Positions 1-8,585 of a stretch of DNA of 33,272 bases are shown here, one piece after another; within the stretch, counting starts at the first letter, position 1, and every line of letters starts with the position of its first letter. The position numbers and the translations under genes were made by a program. The notes under the pieces were generated by a model. The model saw only the letters and a program-made list of their open reading frames with translations, was not told the origin of the DNA and did no database searches. Source of the stretch: Coriobacteriales bacterium (lineage in GTDB: Bacteria; Actinomycetota; Coriobacteriia; Coriobacteriales; UBA8131); assembly GCA_031263105.1 (NCBI GenBank), contig JAISGJ010000220.1, positions 1-33,272 on the forward strand, written 5' to 3'.

Positions 1-1
1 C

Positions 2-376
2 GAAAAACTTATCGAAACGGGCTTTGGACTGAAAATCCCGGTCGGAATCATCACCGCCGACCATCTGGCAGATGCCCTCAAACACGCGCCGGATTGGTGG
101 AACGGCGACGCAGATTCCACACACAACGCGATATTTGCGATTCCGCCCGCGACAGCGGAGGAAATTTTTTCGTCCGTTGGCGAGGCGAAACCGGAATACG
201 AGAAGGTTTATTGCTATGGCAGCGTGATTTTCTGGTCTGCATCGCTCAAGACCTACTCGCGGACGCGCTGGTCTAAAATCGTTCAGAACAAAGCCGTTTA
301 CAACCTGATCACGATTCGGAATGCGAACACAACGCTTAAACTGGCGGCGCTGGCGAGGGGAGAGAACGTGAGATGA
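2..376 (+). CDS. DUF1697-family protein, C-terminal part (5' end outside window)
   Basis: Not in the ORF track. Frame 2 is open from base 2 to TGA at 374-376 and reads EKLIETGFGLKIPV...IFWSAS...YNLITIRNANTTLKL. The TIRNxNT C-terminal motif is typical of DUF1697. The stop overlaps the next start (ATGA 373-376). Confidence 0.7.
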   Translation, partial: EKLIETGFGLKIPVGIITADHLADALKHAPDWWNGDADSTHNAIFAIPPATAEEIFSSVGEAKPEYEKVYCYGSVIFWSASLKTYSRTRWSKIVQNKAVYNLITIRNANTTLKLAALARGENVR

Positions 377-750
377 TGGAGAATTTCACACACGATGATA
401 TTCGGGATGCCCTGCGACCGATTGCGTCACTCATAAGTAAATCCGAAAAAGCTCGGACAAGACTGACGCCGGGAACATGGCAGCATACCATGCTGGGTGA
501 AAATCTCAAAGCATTGCGTGTCGCCTCCGCTATGATGGACGAAGAAATCGGCGATACGAACGATTGCGCTCCGGACGATTTGAAAGAAGCGCTCCGCGCG
601 TTCGAATCCATGATAAACAGGACGGAGAACGCCAAAATGAAATTCAAGGAGGGAACATCACAGTATTCACTTCAAAGAAATAGGCTCCGTGCGTTGCGGA
701 TAGCGGAAGCGTTGATAACTAAGGAATTGGAGGGCAAAAACAATGCCTAA
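373..750 (+). CDS. hypothetical helical protein (125 aa)
   Basis: Start is coupled to the upstream stop and the 3' end overlaps the next gene by 8 nt. It has two internally similar halves (GTWQHTML..LKALRVA / GTSQYSL..LRALRIA). Confidence 0.7.
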   Translation: MMENFTHDDIRDALRPIASLISKSEKARTRLTPGTWQHTMLGENLKALRVASAMMDEEIGDTNDCAPDDLKEALRAFESMINRTENAKMKFKEGTSQYSLQRNRLRALRIAEALITKELEGKNNA

Positions 751-1276
751 GAAACTGCGTAAGACGCTCGGCGACGCGAGTGCGCTGTCTACCGTCGCCT
801 TGATGCGGCTCATCGAGACGCAGAGCAAAACGACGGTGGCGAACTGGACTCTTGACTACGCCGAGCGGAATATGCTCCCGCTGTTCGAGAAGCACTGTCC
901 AAATGACGAGCGGCCCGCTCACACGATAGCTGCCGCTCGCGAGTGGCTTGATGGCAAGGTCAAGCTACCATATGTCAAGAACATCATCCTGAACGAGTGT
1001 CACGCCGCCGCCCGCGAACTGGATGACAATCCTGTCGCCCAAGCCGCTGCAAGGGCCATCGGGCAGTCGGCGGGAAGCATACACGCTACTCCGCATTCGC
1101 TCGGTCTGTACTTCTACGCAGCAGCGGCAGTCGCCTACGACCGTTTGGGGCTTGAAGCGAAGAAGGCCGAATACGATGCAGTCGCCGAGGAGGTCTGCGC
1201 CGACTACACCGCCGCGCTCAAAGTTATTGCGATAGAGGATGAGTCAAATCCGGCACAATGCAAGTGGCGCTGCTGA
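743..1276 (+). CDS. Imm-5-like (putative immunity) domain protein
   Basis: Motif pattern W..YAE..LPLFE...P.DERP...I.AAREW..G...AAARA.GQ....H...H matches the Imm_5-like family. RBS GGAGG upstream. Confidence 0.65.
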   Translation: MPKKLRKTLGDASALSTVALMRLIETQSKTTVANWTLDYAERNMLPLFEKHCPNDERPAHTIAAAREWLDGKVKLPYVKNIILNECHAAARELDDNPVAQAAARAIGQSAGSIHATPHSLGLYFYAAAAVAYDRLGLEAKKAEYDAVAEEVCADYTAALKVIAIEDESNPAQCKWRC

Positions 1277-1295
1277 GAGGGTACGGTGAGCACAT

Positions 1296-1700
1296 ATGGA
1301 AAAGAAAAGTAGCGGCATAGGCACGGCTACGGCGATTGACGAATACATTGACGAACAGGGCGCAGAGGCTCAGCCGCTCCTGCGAAATATCTGCGACGCT
1401 ATCCGCGACGCCGCACCGGGGGCGACAGAGAAAATCTCATATCGGATGCCGACGTTTTGGCGAGGTGAGAACATTATCCACTTCGCGGCGTTCAAGCATC
1501 ACATCGGTATCTACCCCGGGGGCGATGCGGTGGGCGTGTTCTTCGAACGGCTGATGGGATACAAGACGAGCAAGGGGGCTATCCGACTTCCGATTGACAA
1601 GCCAATAGACTACGAGCTTATCACCGATATCACGCGTTGGCGTATGGAGCAGATTGAAAGGAAGCGGGAGGGACAGATTCGGCAGAGGATTTCCGTATGA
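1296..1700 (+). CDS. YdhG/DUF1801-family protein (iron-chaperone-like)
   Basis: IDEYI...A.EKISY.MPTF...HFAAFKHHIG.YP...YKTSKGAIRLP.DKP..YELI signature. Confidence 0.85.
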   Translation: MEKKSSGIGTATAIDEYIDEQGAEAQPLLRNICDAIRDAAPGATEKISYRMPTFWRGENIIHFAAFKHHIGIYPGGDAVGVFFERLMGYKTSKGAIRLPIDKPIDYELITDITRWRMEQIERKREGQIRQRISV

Positions 1701-1837
1701 TGGCGCGAAAGAGCATTACGTCGTTGATGTGGATGACCGAGATCTACTCTGCAAAGTCATCGGAATTCTCGAACCAATTACCCCGGTTCCGAAGCCGAGG
1801 AAAACGAAGATTAGATAAAAACAAGGAGCGAGCCAAT

Positions 1838-2090
1838 GTTACTGTTCACACCCCACTGTCATCCCGAGCCCCACTGTCATTCCGAGCTCCGCCGAGGAAT
1901 CCTTGGACACGCAGTGTCCAAGGGCAGGTCGGGGGGCCCTTCGGCCTGCGGTCGGCCGCTGGCGCGGTCGAGGATCCCTCGGCAGGCTCGGGATGACAGT
2001 GGGGCTCGGGATGACAGTGGGGCTCGGGATGACAGTGGGGCTCGGGATGACAGTGGGGTGTGAACAACCGTAGAGCGTGTGAACAGTAAC
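1838..2090. mobile_element. MITE copy 1 (non-autonomous element with REP-like palindromic cargo)
   Basis: Perfect 14-bp TIRs GTTACTGTTCACAC (1838-1851) and GTGTGAACAGTAAC (2077-2090). Perfect 8-bp direct repeat GAGCCAAT at 1830-1837 and 2091-2098. No transposase ORF. Confidence 0.85.
1986..2057. repeat. 4 x 18-bp perfect tandem repeat GCTCGGGATGACAGTGGG inside MITE copy 1
   Basis: Units start at 1986, 2004, 2022 and 2040. Two inverted copies sit at the element's left end (~1852-1887). Confidence 0.95.
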
Positions 2091-2328
2091 GAGCCAATGT
2101 CAAACGATTCCCCCTAATGTCAAACGATTTTATCTCAGGGGGTGTGCATTGTATCATTTGATGGTAGGTCAACCAACAGCCGGCATGCACGGCAGACCCA
2201 GCAAACGGGCAATGCGCAGCCTCGACAGCAGGGGTGCGCATTGCATCATGTGACGGAGGATGGGCCATGAGGCAGGAGGCCGTTCCTCATCCCACAAAAT
2301 CCGCCCCTTGTCCCCGTAAGCACACCCT

Positions 2329-3876
2329 TTATCCCATGGGGCCCGCCCCTTCTCCCCCGTCTCCCGCCTGCGTCACGGGTTCGAGCTTCCGCTCGGCGAT
2401 CTGTTGCTGTATCTCCGCCATCCGCACACGGTCGAGCGGATAGAAGCGCATGCAGACGATGTTGACGACCCACGCCAAGGCAGGCAGCCCGCACAGGCAG
2501 AACATGCCTGCCCAAAACAGCGCCGGCGTCAGCGGCGTCGCAGTCGTGGGGTACATCTGGCCAAAGCCGATCGCCACCATCAGCAGTCCCACGATCACGT
2601 TGTTGAGCTGCGTGAAGAGCTTGTCCACAAAGCTGAACACCGCTCCGATGATGCCGGGGACGTAGCGTCCGCTGCGCGCGACCTCGGAGTCGGAGATGTC
2701 GGCGACCATGGGGACGAGCAGGGAGTTGTTGATGGACATGAAGCCGCCCCGCACTGCCGTGAGCACCAGCAGCGCGACGGTGAAGACACCCCAGTTGGCG
2801 AAGCTCAGGCTGCGCGGGTCGCCGAGGACGAACAGCGCAAAGATGCCCGCCGTGGTGACGAGCGCACCGTAGGTGCCCAAAAGGAAGGCGCGCTTCTGCC
2901 CGATGCGGCGGGCGAACCAGACGCAGAGCAGGCTCAGGACGAGGCTCGGCATGAAGACGAACATGTTCATCTGGCCCATAAGCGCATAGTCGCCGCAGAT
3001 GACACCGAAGATGATGATGCCGACGGTCGCATTGTTGGTGGCGACGTTCGCACAGAGCTTGTCGATGCCTGCCGCCACCATCAGCGAGGCAACGCTGCGG
3101 TTATGGGCGATGACGTCCCAATACTCACGGAGACGGATCCGTGGCGCCGGCTGCGCAAGGCCGAAGTACTGCTGGCGGTCCTTGCCCCAGATGCCCACGA
3201 CCGCAAGCAGGGTACAGACGGCAGCCGCAGTGATGGTGATGAGGAAGAACTCCCCGAACATCTCCGCCGTGAACCCGCCGTACTTGGGTTCGAGGTAGTT
3301 GCTCACCACCATGCTCACGCCGACATAGAGGACGATGTTCATGACCATGTCGAAGCCCGCATAGACCGGCCGCTGCTTCGGGTCGTTGGTCAGCACGCTC
3401 TGGGCGGCGCGCGTGACGCAGAACTGACAGGTGTAGCCCACGATGTAGACGAGGTAACAGGCCACGAAAAGCAGGGCGGCGACAAGGCTGCCCGCACTGC
3501 CCGCATCCACAGAATGCGTGAGGTACATAAGGGAGATGCCGGCTATCATGAGCAGGTTGCCGAGAATCATGAAGGGCCTGAATTTGCCCAGCCGCCCATT
3601 GGTACGGTCGATGAACCAACCGACCACCGGGTCGGTGACGGTGTCGAACACGCTCATCGCGAGCAGGATGCCCGTAACCACCACGACCGCCAGGCCGAGC
3701 ACGCCAGCCGCCCAGTACGAGATGTACATGATCATCATGTAATAGAGGTTCACTGCGGTATTGTTGAGCGCAAAGAAGCCGATCTGCCACACGCGGGCGC
3801 GGTGGTACGCTGGCGGGGCTTGCTCTGTGCGGCTCGGCGGGGCTTGTTCCCTGTGGGTCGGCAGATCCTGTGTCAT
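2329..3876 (-). CDS. MFS transporter, glycoside-pentoside-hexuronide (MelB/GPH) family
   Basis: About 12 hydrophobic segments. FDTVTDPVVGWFIDRTNGRLGKFRPF motif, LTNDPKQR, MVADISD and C-terminal FYPL. RBS GGAGGA. Confidence 0.9.
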   Translation of the reverse strand: MTQDLPTHREQAPPSRTEQAPPAYHRARVWQIGFFALNNTAVNLYYMMIMYISYWAAGVLGLAVVVVTGILLAMSVFDTVTDPVVGWFIDRTNGRLGKFRPFMILGNLLMIAGISLMYLTHSVDAGSAGSLVAALLFVACYLVYIVGYTCQFCVTRAAQSVLTNDPKQRPVYAGFDMVMNIVLYVGVSMVVSNYLEPKYGGFTAEMFGEFFLITITAAAVCTLLAVVGIWGKDRQQYFGLAQPAPRIRLREYWDVIAHNRSVASLMVAAGIDKLCANVATNNATVGIIIFGVICGDYALMGQMNMFVFMPSLVLSLLCVWFARRIGQKRAFLLGTYGALVTTAGIFALFVLGDPRSLSFANWGVFTVALLVLTAVRGGFMSINNSLLVPMVADISDSEVARSGRYVPGIIGAVFSFVDKLFTQLNNVIVGLLMVAIGFGQMYPTTATPLTPALFWAGMFCLCGLPALAWVVNIVCMRFYPLDRVRMAEIQQQIAERKLEPVTQAGDGGEGAGPMG

Positions 3877-3937
3877 CCTTCCTCCTTGGTGCCTTGACGC
3901 TGGTGTTGGGCAGTCCGTTGGACGATGTCGATATTGG

Positions 3938-3946
3938 AGTATATCA
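3938..3946 (-). promoter_or_regulatory. putative extended -10 promoter (TGaTATACT) for the MFS gene
   Basis: Reverse complement of AGTATATCA, about 60 nt upstream of the MFS start, in an AT-rich patch with a TCATATAG direct repeat (3944, 3961). Confidence 0.45.
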
Positions 3947-4054
3947 TATAGAAGATGCAGTCATATAGCGAGACGTGCGGTGCCTGTGGGTGCAGCAGCA
4001 CGGCGCCCGCTGCGGCGACGGATACGGCGCCCGCTGCGGTACCTGCTGCCCTTG

Positions 4055-4083
4055 TTGGTGCTGCCCCCGGTTGTTGGTATACT
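4055..4083 (+). promoter_or_regulatory. putative sigma-70 promoter for tRNA-Val
   Basis: TTGGTG-17 nt-TATACT with an extended TG, 21 nt before the tRNA. Confidence 0.55.
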
Positions 4084-4104
4084 TGTCCCCTGTCAAGGAG
4101 CGAC

Positions 4105-4179
4105 GGGCGATTGGCGCAGCGGTAGCGCAGCTGCTTTACACGCAGAAGGTCGGCGGTTCAAATCCGTCATCGCCCACCA
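4105..4179 (+). tRNA. trnV: tRNA-Val(TAC)
   Basis: Acceptor stem GGGCGAT/ATCGCCC, D-stem GCGC/GCGC, anticodon loop TT-TAC-AC, T-loop GGTTCAAATCC, encoded CCA. G:A mismatch at the top of the anticodon stem. Confidence 0.95.
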
Positions 4180-4191
4180 AGCAGACAACGC

Positions 4192-4355
4192 GTTACACGT
4201 CACACCCCCACTGTCATTCCGAGCTCCGCCGAGGAATCTTTGGACACGCAGTGTCCAACGGTAGGTCAGGGGGCCCTTCGACCTGCGGTCGGCCGCTGGC
4301 GCGACCGAGGATTCCTCGACAGGCTCGGAATGACAGTGGGGGTGTGAACAGTAAC
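4192..4355. mobile_element. MITE copy 2, between the two tRNA genes
   Basis: Left end GTTACacgTCACAC, right end GTGTGAACAGTAAC. Flanks GACAACGC (4184-4191) and GACGACGC (4356-4363) form a 7/8 target duplication. Interior is closely similar to copy 1. Confidence 0.85.
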
Positions 4356-4394
4356 GACGACGCAAGCCGACTCAAAATAGCAGCTTGCTGCCAG

Positions 4395-4424
4395 TAGACA
4401 CGCGCAGGTGTTTCCGAGTAGAAT
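4395..4424 (+). promoter_or_regulatory. putative sigma-70 promoter for tRNA-Asp
   Basis: TAGACA-18 nt-TAGAAT upstream of the tRNA. Confidence 0.5.
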
Positions 4425-4458
4425 AGCGTCCGCTGCTTTTTCGGCAGCTCACCCATGC

Positions 4459-4535
4459 GGGGTGTTAGCTCAGTTGGTTAGAGCGCTGGCCTGTCAAGCC
4501 AGAGGTCGCGGGTTCAAGTCCCGTACATCCCGCCA
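4459..4535 (+). tRNA. trnD: tRNA-Asp(GTC)
   Basis: Acceptor stem GGGGTGT/ACATCCC, anticodon arm CTGGC-CT-GTC-AA-GCCAG, GGTTCAAGTCC, discriminator G, encoded CCA. Confidence 0.97.
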
Positions 4536-4669
4536 GATTATCCCCATTTCATTACTGTTTCGAGGCGGCCTTTCCTTTGTGGCGGCTCCCCCGCACACGC
4601 ATGCGCTGCTGTCGGGCTGGGCGTAGGTGCTCGGCGCAAGCCTGGGTTTTGCTCTATACTGGCCCTATT

Positions 4670-5767
4670 ATGCCGAGCATGACGTATCGCATGGAGATGC
4701 AGTTCATCCGCTGGTTCGGGCACAAGCGCGTCTTCGGGCTGCCCGAGGCCGAGCTTCGCCGCTGGCTTGCGCACAGCGTGGGGCGGCGGCCTGTCGGTGT
4801 GCCAAGGCCCATACGCGCGTCCCACACAGTCCGTGACCAGCGCATCGAGGGCCGCCCGTGCCCGATCGTCTCCCCACGGGCCGGGGCTTCGCGGGCCATG
4901 CGGGTCGCGCGGGCTCCTCAGCTTGTACGGGCCGCAGGAGCTATGCAGAGCACACGGATCGCAGGTGCCACGCAGGCCACAGAAGACAGAGGCCCCTCGC
5001 TGGTGCCGCCTGCCAGCCCGACGATCGCAGGGGGCCCTCCGGCCGCAGGAAGCAGCGCCCGCCCCGCCGACGCGCCGGTCGTGCTGTTCCTGCACGGGGG
5101 AGGCTTCCTCTTCGAAGCCCTGTTCGCCCACTGGGTGGCGGTCGACCGCCTTGTCCGAGAGACCGGTGCCGAGGTCTGGTTTGCCGCCTATCCCCTCCTG
5201 CCCCAGGCCACCCTATACGAGGCCCACGACATGGTGCTCGCCACCTGGCAGCGGATGTGCGAGCGCCACGACCCCGCCCGGATCGCCGTGCTCGGCGACT
5301 CGGCAGGCGCGACGCTTGCCCTCACGCTCACCCATGCCCTGCGGGCCGCAGGCCGCCCGCTCCCCCGCCAGCTCGTCCTGGCCTCGCCGGCCCAGTCCCT
5401 GTTCGAGCCGCACATCCGTGCGCAGATGGCCGCCTTCGCGCCCCTCGACGTGATGATCCCCCTCTCGCTCTTCGACGTGCTGGCACGGCTGATGCCCGAG
5501 CGGCCGGGCACCGCCCCGTGGATGCTGCGTCCGTTGGAGGGGGACTTCTCTGGCTTCCCACAGACCATGGTCCTCTCCGGCACCCACGAGGTCCTCTACC
5601 CGCTGATGCCCGACTTCCTGGAGCGCCTCGCCGCCGCCCGGGTGCCCACGGAGTTCGTCAGCGGCGAGGGGATGTGCCACGTCTGGCCCTACATCCCCGC
5701 CGCACCCGAGTGCGTCCGCACCCTCGGCCATATGATCGCGGCCCTGGCCGACGGGCCGTCAGCGTAG
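4670..5767 (+). CDS. alpha/beta hydrolase, hormone-sensitive lipase (family IV esterase) type
   Basis: HGGG oxyanion motif, GDSAG nucleophile, G..E and MCHVW catalytic His. Start moved to ATG 4670, 9 nt after TATACT (4655-4660), suggesting a leaderless or near-leaderless mRNA. Confidence 0.85.
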   Translation: MPSMTYRMEMQFIRWFGHKRVFGLPEAELRRWLAHSVGRRPVGVPRPIRASHTVRDQRIEGRPCPIVSPRAGASRAMRVARAPQLVRAAGAMQSTRIAGATQATEDRGPSLVPPASPTIAGGPPAAGSSARPADAPVVLFLHGGGFLFEALFAHWVAVDRLVRETGAEVWFAAYPLLPQATLYEAHDMVLATWQRMCERHDPARIAVLGDSAGATLALTLTHALRAAGRPLPRQLVLASPAQSLFEPHIRAQMAAFAPLDVMIPLSLFDVLARLMPERPGTAPWMLRPLEGDFSGFPQTMVLSGTHEVLYPLMPDFLERLAAARVPTEFVSGEGMCHVWPYIPAAPECVRTLGHMIAALADGPSA

Positions 5768-5778
5768 GAGAGGGTCAC

Positions 5779-6978
5779 ATGGGGAGAAACGAGCAGTGTC
5801 AAAAGGGCACTTCCGACAACGACCTGAGCCGCAGAGGCTTTATGGCGCTCTCGTGCACCGGAGCTGTCGCCTTGACGGGCCTTGTGCTTGGGGGGTGCAG
5901 TGCTCCCTCACAGACTCCAGAGCTGAGCCGCAGAATCGATGCCATAGTGAACGGGATGAGCCTCGAACACAAGGTGGCGCAGCTGTTTGTCGTTCGACCA
6001 GAAAGCATGGTCGATGCGGAGACGGTGACTCGGGCTGACGGCCAGACTCGGGAAGCACTGAGGCGGTGGCCTGTCGGCGGGCTGGTGTATTTCGCGCAAA
6101 ACCTCATCGATGCGGAGCAGACGAAGGCGATGCTCGACGACACCCTGCGCCATGGGCTCGAGTCAAACGACATCCCGCCGTTTTTATGCGTCGACGAGGA
6201 AGGCGGTGCAGTGTCGCGGATTGGCGGAAACGTCGGCTTCGACGTTGCCAATGTTGGCGACATGGCTGACATCGGGGCATCTGACGACCCCGCTTTGGCC
6301 AAGAGCGCGGCATCCGCTATAGGGGGATATCTGAAACCCCTCGGTTTCAACGTCGATTTTGCCCCCGTGTGCGACATCGTCAACAACCCTGACAGCGGCA
6401 CCATGAGACGGCGTTCTTTTGGAGACGACCCTGACCGAGTGGCCCGCATGGCAGCGGCTCAGGTCGAAGGCCTTTTGGAGCACGGCATGCTGTGCTGTGC
6501 GAAGCACTTCCCCGGTATCGGTTCCGCCACAGGAAACAGCCATGATGCAGGAATAACGTCGGCCCGGTCGGCTGAAGACCTGCGCGAAGTCGAACTGCTG
6601 CCGTTTGTGTCGGCAATTCGTGCTGGCGTGCCGTTTGTCATGGTAGGGCACCTGTCCCTTCCTGCGGTGACCGGGGACGATGCCCCTGCCTCGCTTTCGC
6701 CAACCGTGGTGCAGGGGTTGTTGAGGGAAGAGATGGGATACGAAGGACTGATCATAACCGACTCGCTGGAGATGGGCGCTGTCGATGAGGAGGAAAACGC
6801 CGTCCTTGCCTTAGGGGCAGGGTGCGACATCGTTCTCATGCCGCCAAGCCTCGAGCAGGCAATCAATGGCGTGCGTGCGGCCCTTGATATGGGAAGGCTC
6901 AGCGAAGAGCGGATCGATCGATCGGTTCGTCGCGTCCTACGCACCAAGCTTGAGTTTATGGGGAACTCGTTCCTGTAG
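5779..6978 (+). CDS. GH3 beta-N-acetylhexosaminidase-like (NagZ-type) Tat lipoprotein
   Basis: Start ATG 5779 after GGAGAGG. SRRGF twin-arginine signal, LGGC lipobox, VDEEGG.VSR, DFAPVCD, KHFPG.G and ITDSLEMGA motifs. Confidence 0.9.
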   Translation: MGRNEQCQKGTSDNDLSRRGFMALSCTGAVALTGLVLGGCSAPSQTPELSRRIDAIVNGMSLEHKVAQLFVVRPESMVDAETVTRADGQTREALRRWPVGGLVYFAQNLIDAEQTKAMLDDTLRHGLESNDIPPFLCVDEEGGAVSRIGGNVGFDVANVGDMADIGASDDPALAKSAASAIGGYLKPLGFNVDFAPVCDIVNNPDSGTMRRRSFGDDPDRVARMAAAQVEGLLEHGMLCCAKHFPGIGSATGNSHDAGITSARSAEDLREVELLPFVSAIRAGVPFVMVGHLSLPAVTGDDAPASLSPTVVQGLLREEMGYEGLIITDSLEMGAVDEEENAVLALGAGCDIVLMPPSLEQAINGVRAALDMGRLSEERIDRSVRRVLRTKLEFMGNSFL

Positions 6979-7033
6979 TCCAAGGAAGCGCTCGGGACGG
7001 GGGCGGGGGCAGGCGGGCTTTGCCTGAAGGCAG

Positions 7034-8470
7034 CTACTTGACGACACGCCTTCGATACAGTGCGATTGCTCCGAGTGCCATGAGCGAAAGCGGCACCGCC
7101 AACATCCAGAAGTCGTCTCCTGTGGTCGGCAGCGCCGTTTCGTTGTTGCCGTTGTTGCCGCTGTTGGCGTTGTTGGCGTCGCCATCGCTGCTGCCGGTGC
7201 CTTGGACGCTTCCGCCTTCCCCGTCAGCCCCATTGTCGCTATCGTTGCCTTCGCCTTCGTCGCCGCCGCCGTCGTCGCCGTCGTCGCCGTCTTCGTCGTC
7301 GTCAGCTGCCTGAATGCTGAAAGTTCCTGACGCCCTGGTTCCGTCGTCGAACTCCACGAGCAGGGTGTGCGTGCCGACGGACAGGGTGTCCAGATAGCCG
7401 GCAGCCAGCGTGACCACCACCGAGCCGGAGGTAATCGTGTACTGGCTGGCATCCAGCGCCGAGCCGTCTACGGAGACGGCAGGCAACACGGTCGGCAAGG
7501 TTGTCTCGATTATGAAGACCAGCTCGGTCTTGTCGCCGACCGCTTTCTTGTTGATGCCGTTTTTGAAGGCGGCGGTCGGGTCGGTGGGCCCAGGGTCAGG
7601 CCCAGGGTCAGGCGGCGGCGTGGTGTCCACAACGCTGAGCGCGACGGTGGGCGCGACGCCGAGAGTGGCCGCGAACTCCACTATGTAGTCCCCTGCCGTC
7701 AAGGTGGCAAGGAAGGCCTTGCTGATGGTGACGATGTTTCCGCTGACCGAATAGTCGGAACCTTGGGTCAGTGCGCGTTTTGCAGAGGGGTTGGACTTTT
7801 CTGCTGCGGTGACGGCATTGGCAAAGACTCCGTCGCCGGGGGTGAGCGTGACGGCCACATCGGCCTGGCTGTCCGTATTGAGGTCGAACGTGGCAGAAGC
7901 CGGGCTTGCCGTCATCGGCTCCGGCGCCTCGCGTTGCAGGTGCAGGCGCCTAACCACACTGAAGTTAGCACCGTACTCTGCTAACCAGAAGCTGAAATAA
8001 ACATCGTCCAGGTTGGTGATATTCAATGGCCCCACCGTCAGCAGGGTCGGCTGGTCGCCGTTGCTGTACGTGCCAAAGACGTCTGTGGCGATGGGTGTGG
8101 CGGAAGAGATGTCGGTGCCGTCATCCGTGCTGCCTGCATTCATGGGAACATCATGCGACCAAGGGCCTTCGCCAGAGTCCTCCGTGCAATTGACATCGAC
8201 GGCTTTTGCCCTGATCGATATCGCGTTCCAAGAGCAGTCAAACGTCTGGGTCGAGTTGCCGCCCGTGCTCATCTCGATCCAATGAACACCGCCGTCGCCA
8301 CTGACTTCTACCGTCAATGATTCCAGCGTGCAGTTGTTGCCCTTATGAGAGGCGAACGCCTGCGCACTCGTCGCCAGCATGGCGACGCAAAGCAACAGCG
8401 CACCCAGCAACAGCGAAACGCCCCGTGCTCGTCCAGACCTCTCGGTGACGGTTGATGCCTCAGCGCCCAT
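7034..8470 (-). CDS. sortase-anchored (LPXTG) surface protein with two X2/Ig-like domains
   Basis: RBS GAGGAGG before ATG 8470. Signal peptide ending AQAFA. X2-like repeats (DYSVSGNIVTISKAFLATL; YTITSGSVVVTLAAGYLDTLSVGTHTL). Asp/Gly/Asn-rich stalk, then LPTTG, a TM helix and an RRRVVK tail. Confidence 0.85.
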   Translation of the reverse strand: MGAEASTVTERSGRARGVSLLLGALLLCVAMLATSAQAFASHKGNNCTLESLTVEVSGDGGVHWIEMSTGGNSTQTFDCSWNAISIRAKAVDVNCTEDSGEGPWSHDVPMNAGSTDDGTDISSATPIATDVFGTYSNGDQPTLLTVGPLNITNLDDVYFSFWLAEYGANFSVVRRLHLQREAPEPMTASPASATFDLNTDSQADVAVTLTPGDGVFANAVTAAEKSNPSAKRALTQGSDYSVSGNIVTISKAFLATLTAGDYIVEFAATLGVAPTVALSVVDTTPPPDPGPDPGPTDPTAAFKNGINKKAVGDKTELVFIIETTLPTVLPAVSVDGSALDASQYTITSGSVVVTLAAGYLDTLSVGTHTLLVEFDDGTRASGTFSIQAADDDEDGDDGDDGGGDEGEGNDSDNGADGEGGSVQGTGSSDGDANNANSGNNGNNETALPTTGDDFWMLAVPLSLMALGAIALYRRRVVK

Positions 8471-8585
8471 TGAAGCCTCCTCATGTCGAGCCGCGATTGC
8501 GGCTTCGCACACACTTCTCCCTATTGCTTCTCTACAGCGAACATTATACACGCGCCGCAAGGACGGTGTGAGACGTTCGTGGAAC

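Noticed and set aside
1986..2057. CRISPR array
   Set aside because: The 18-bp units abut with no spacers, lie inside a MITE, and there are no cas genes.
1697..2268. ORFs through the MITEs (ARDDSG/PHCHPE repeats; also 3975..4397, 10035..10461, 26752..27092)
   Set aside because: These are translations of the repeat element or tRNA DNA. The same peptides recur at each copy.
4000..4039. 16-bp direct repeat ACGGCGCCCGCTGCGG upstream of tRNA-Val
   Set aside because: Only two GC-rich copies, most simply a local slippage duplication. No function can be supported.
4105..4535. tRNA genes as the attachment site of the defence island
   Set aside because: By eye I found no duplicated tRNA 3' end elsewhere in the window, and ordinary host-like genes separate the tRNAs from the island.
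4858..5778. N-terminal 307 aa of the 706-aa ORF 4858..6978
   Set aside because: Off-frame shadow of the GC-rich esterase gene. The GH3 protein starts at ATG 5779 with its own RBS and Tat signal.
7130..7305. GCC/GTC/GTT-rich microsatellite-like tract
   Set aside because: It encodes the Asp/Gly/Asn-rich stalk of the LPXTG protein, an ordinary cell-wall spacer.
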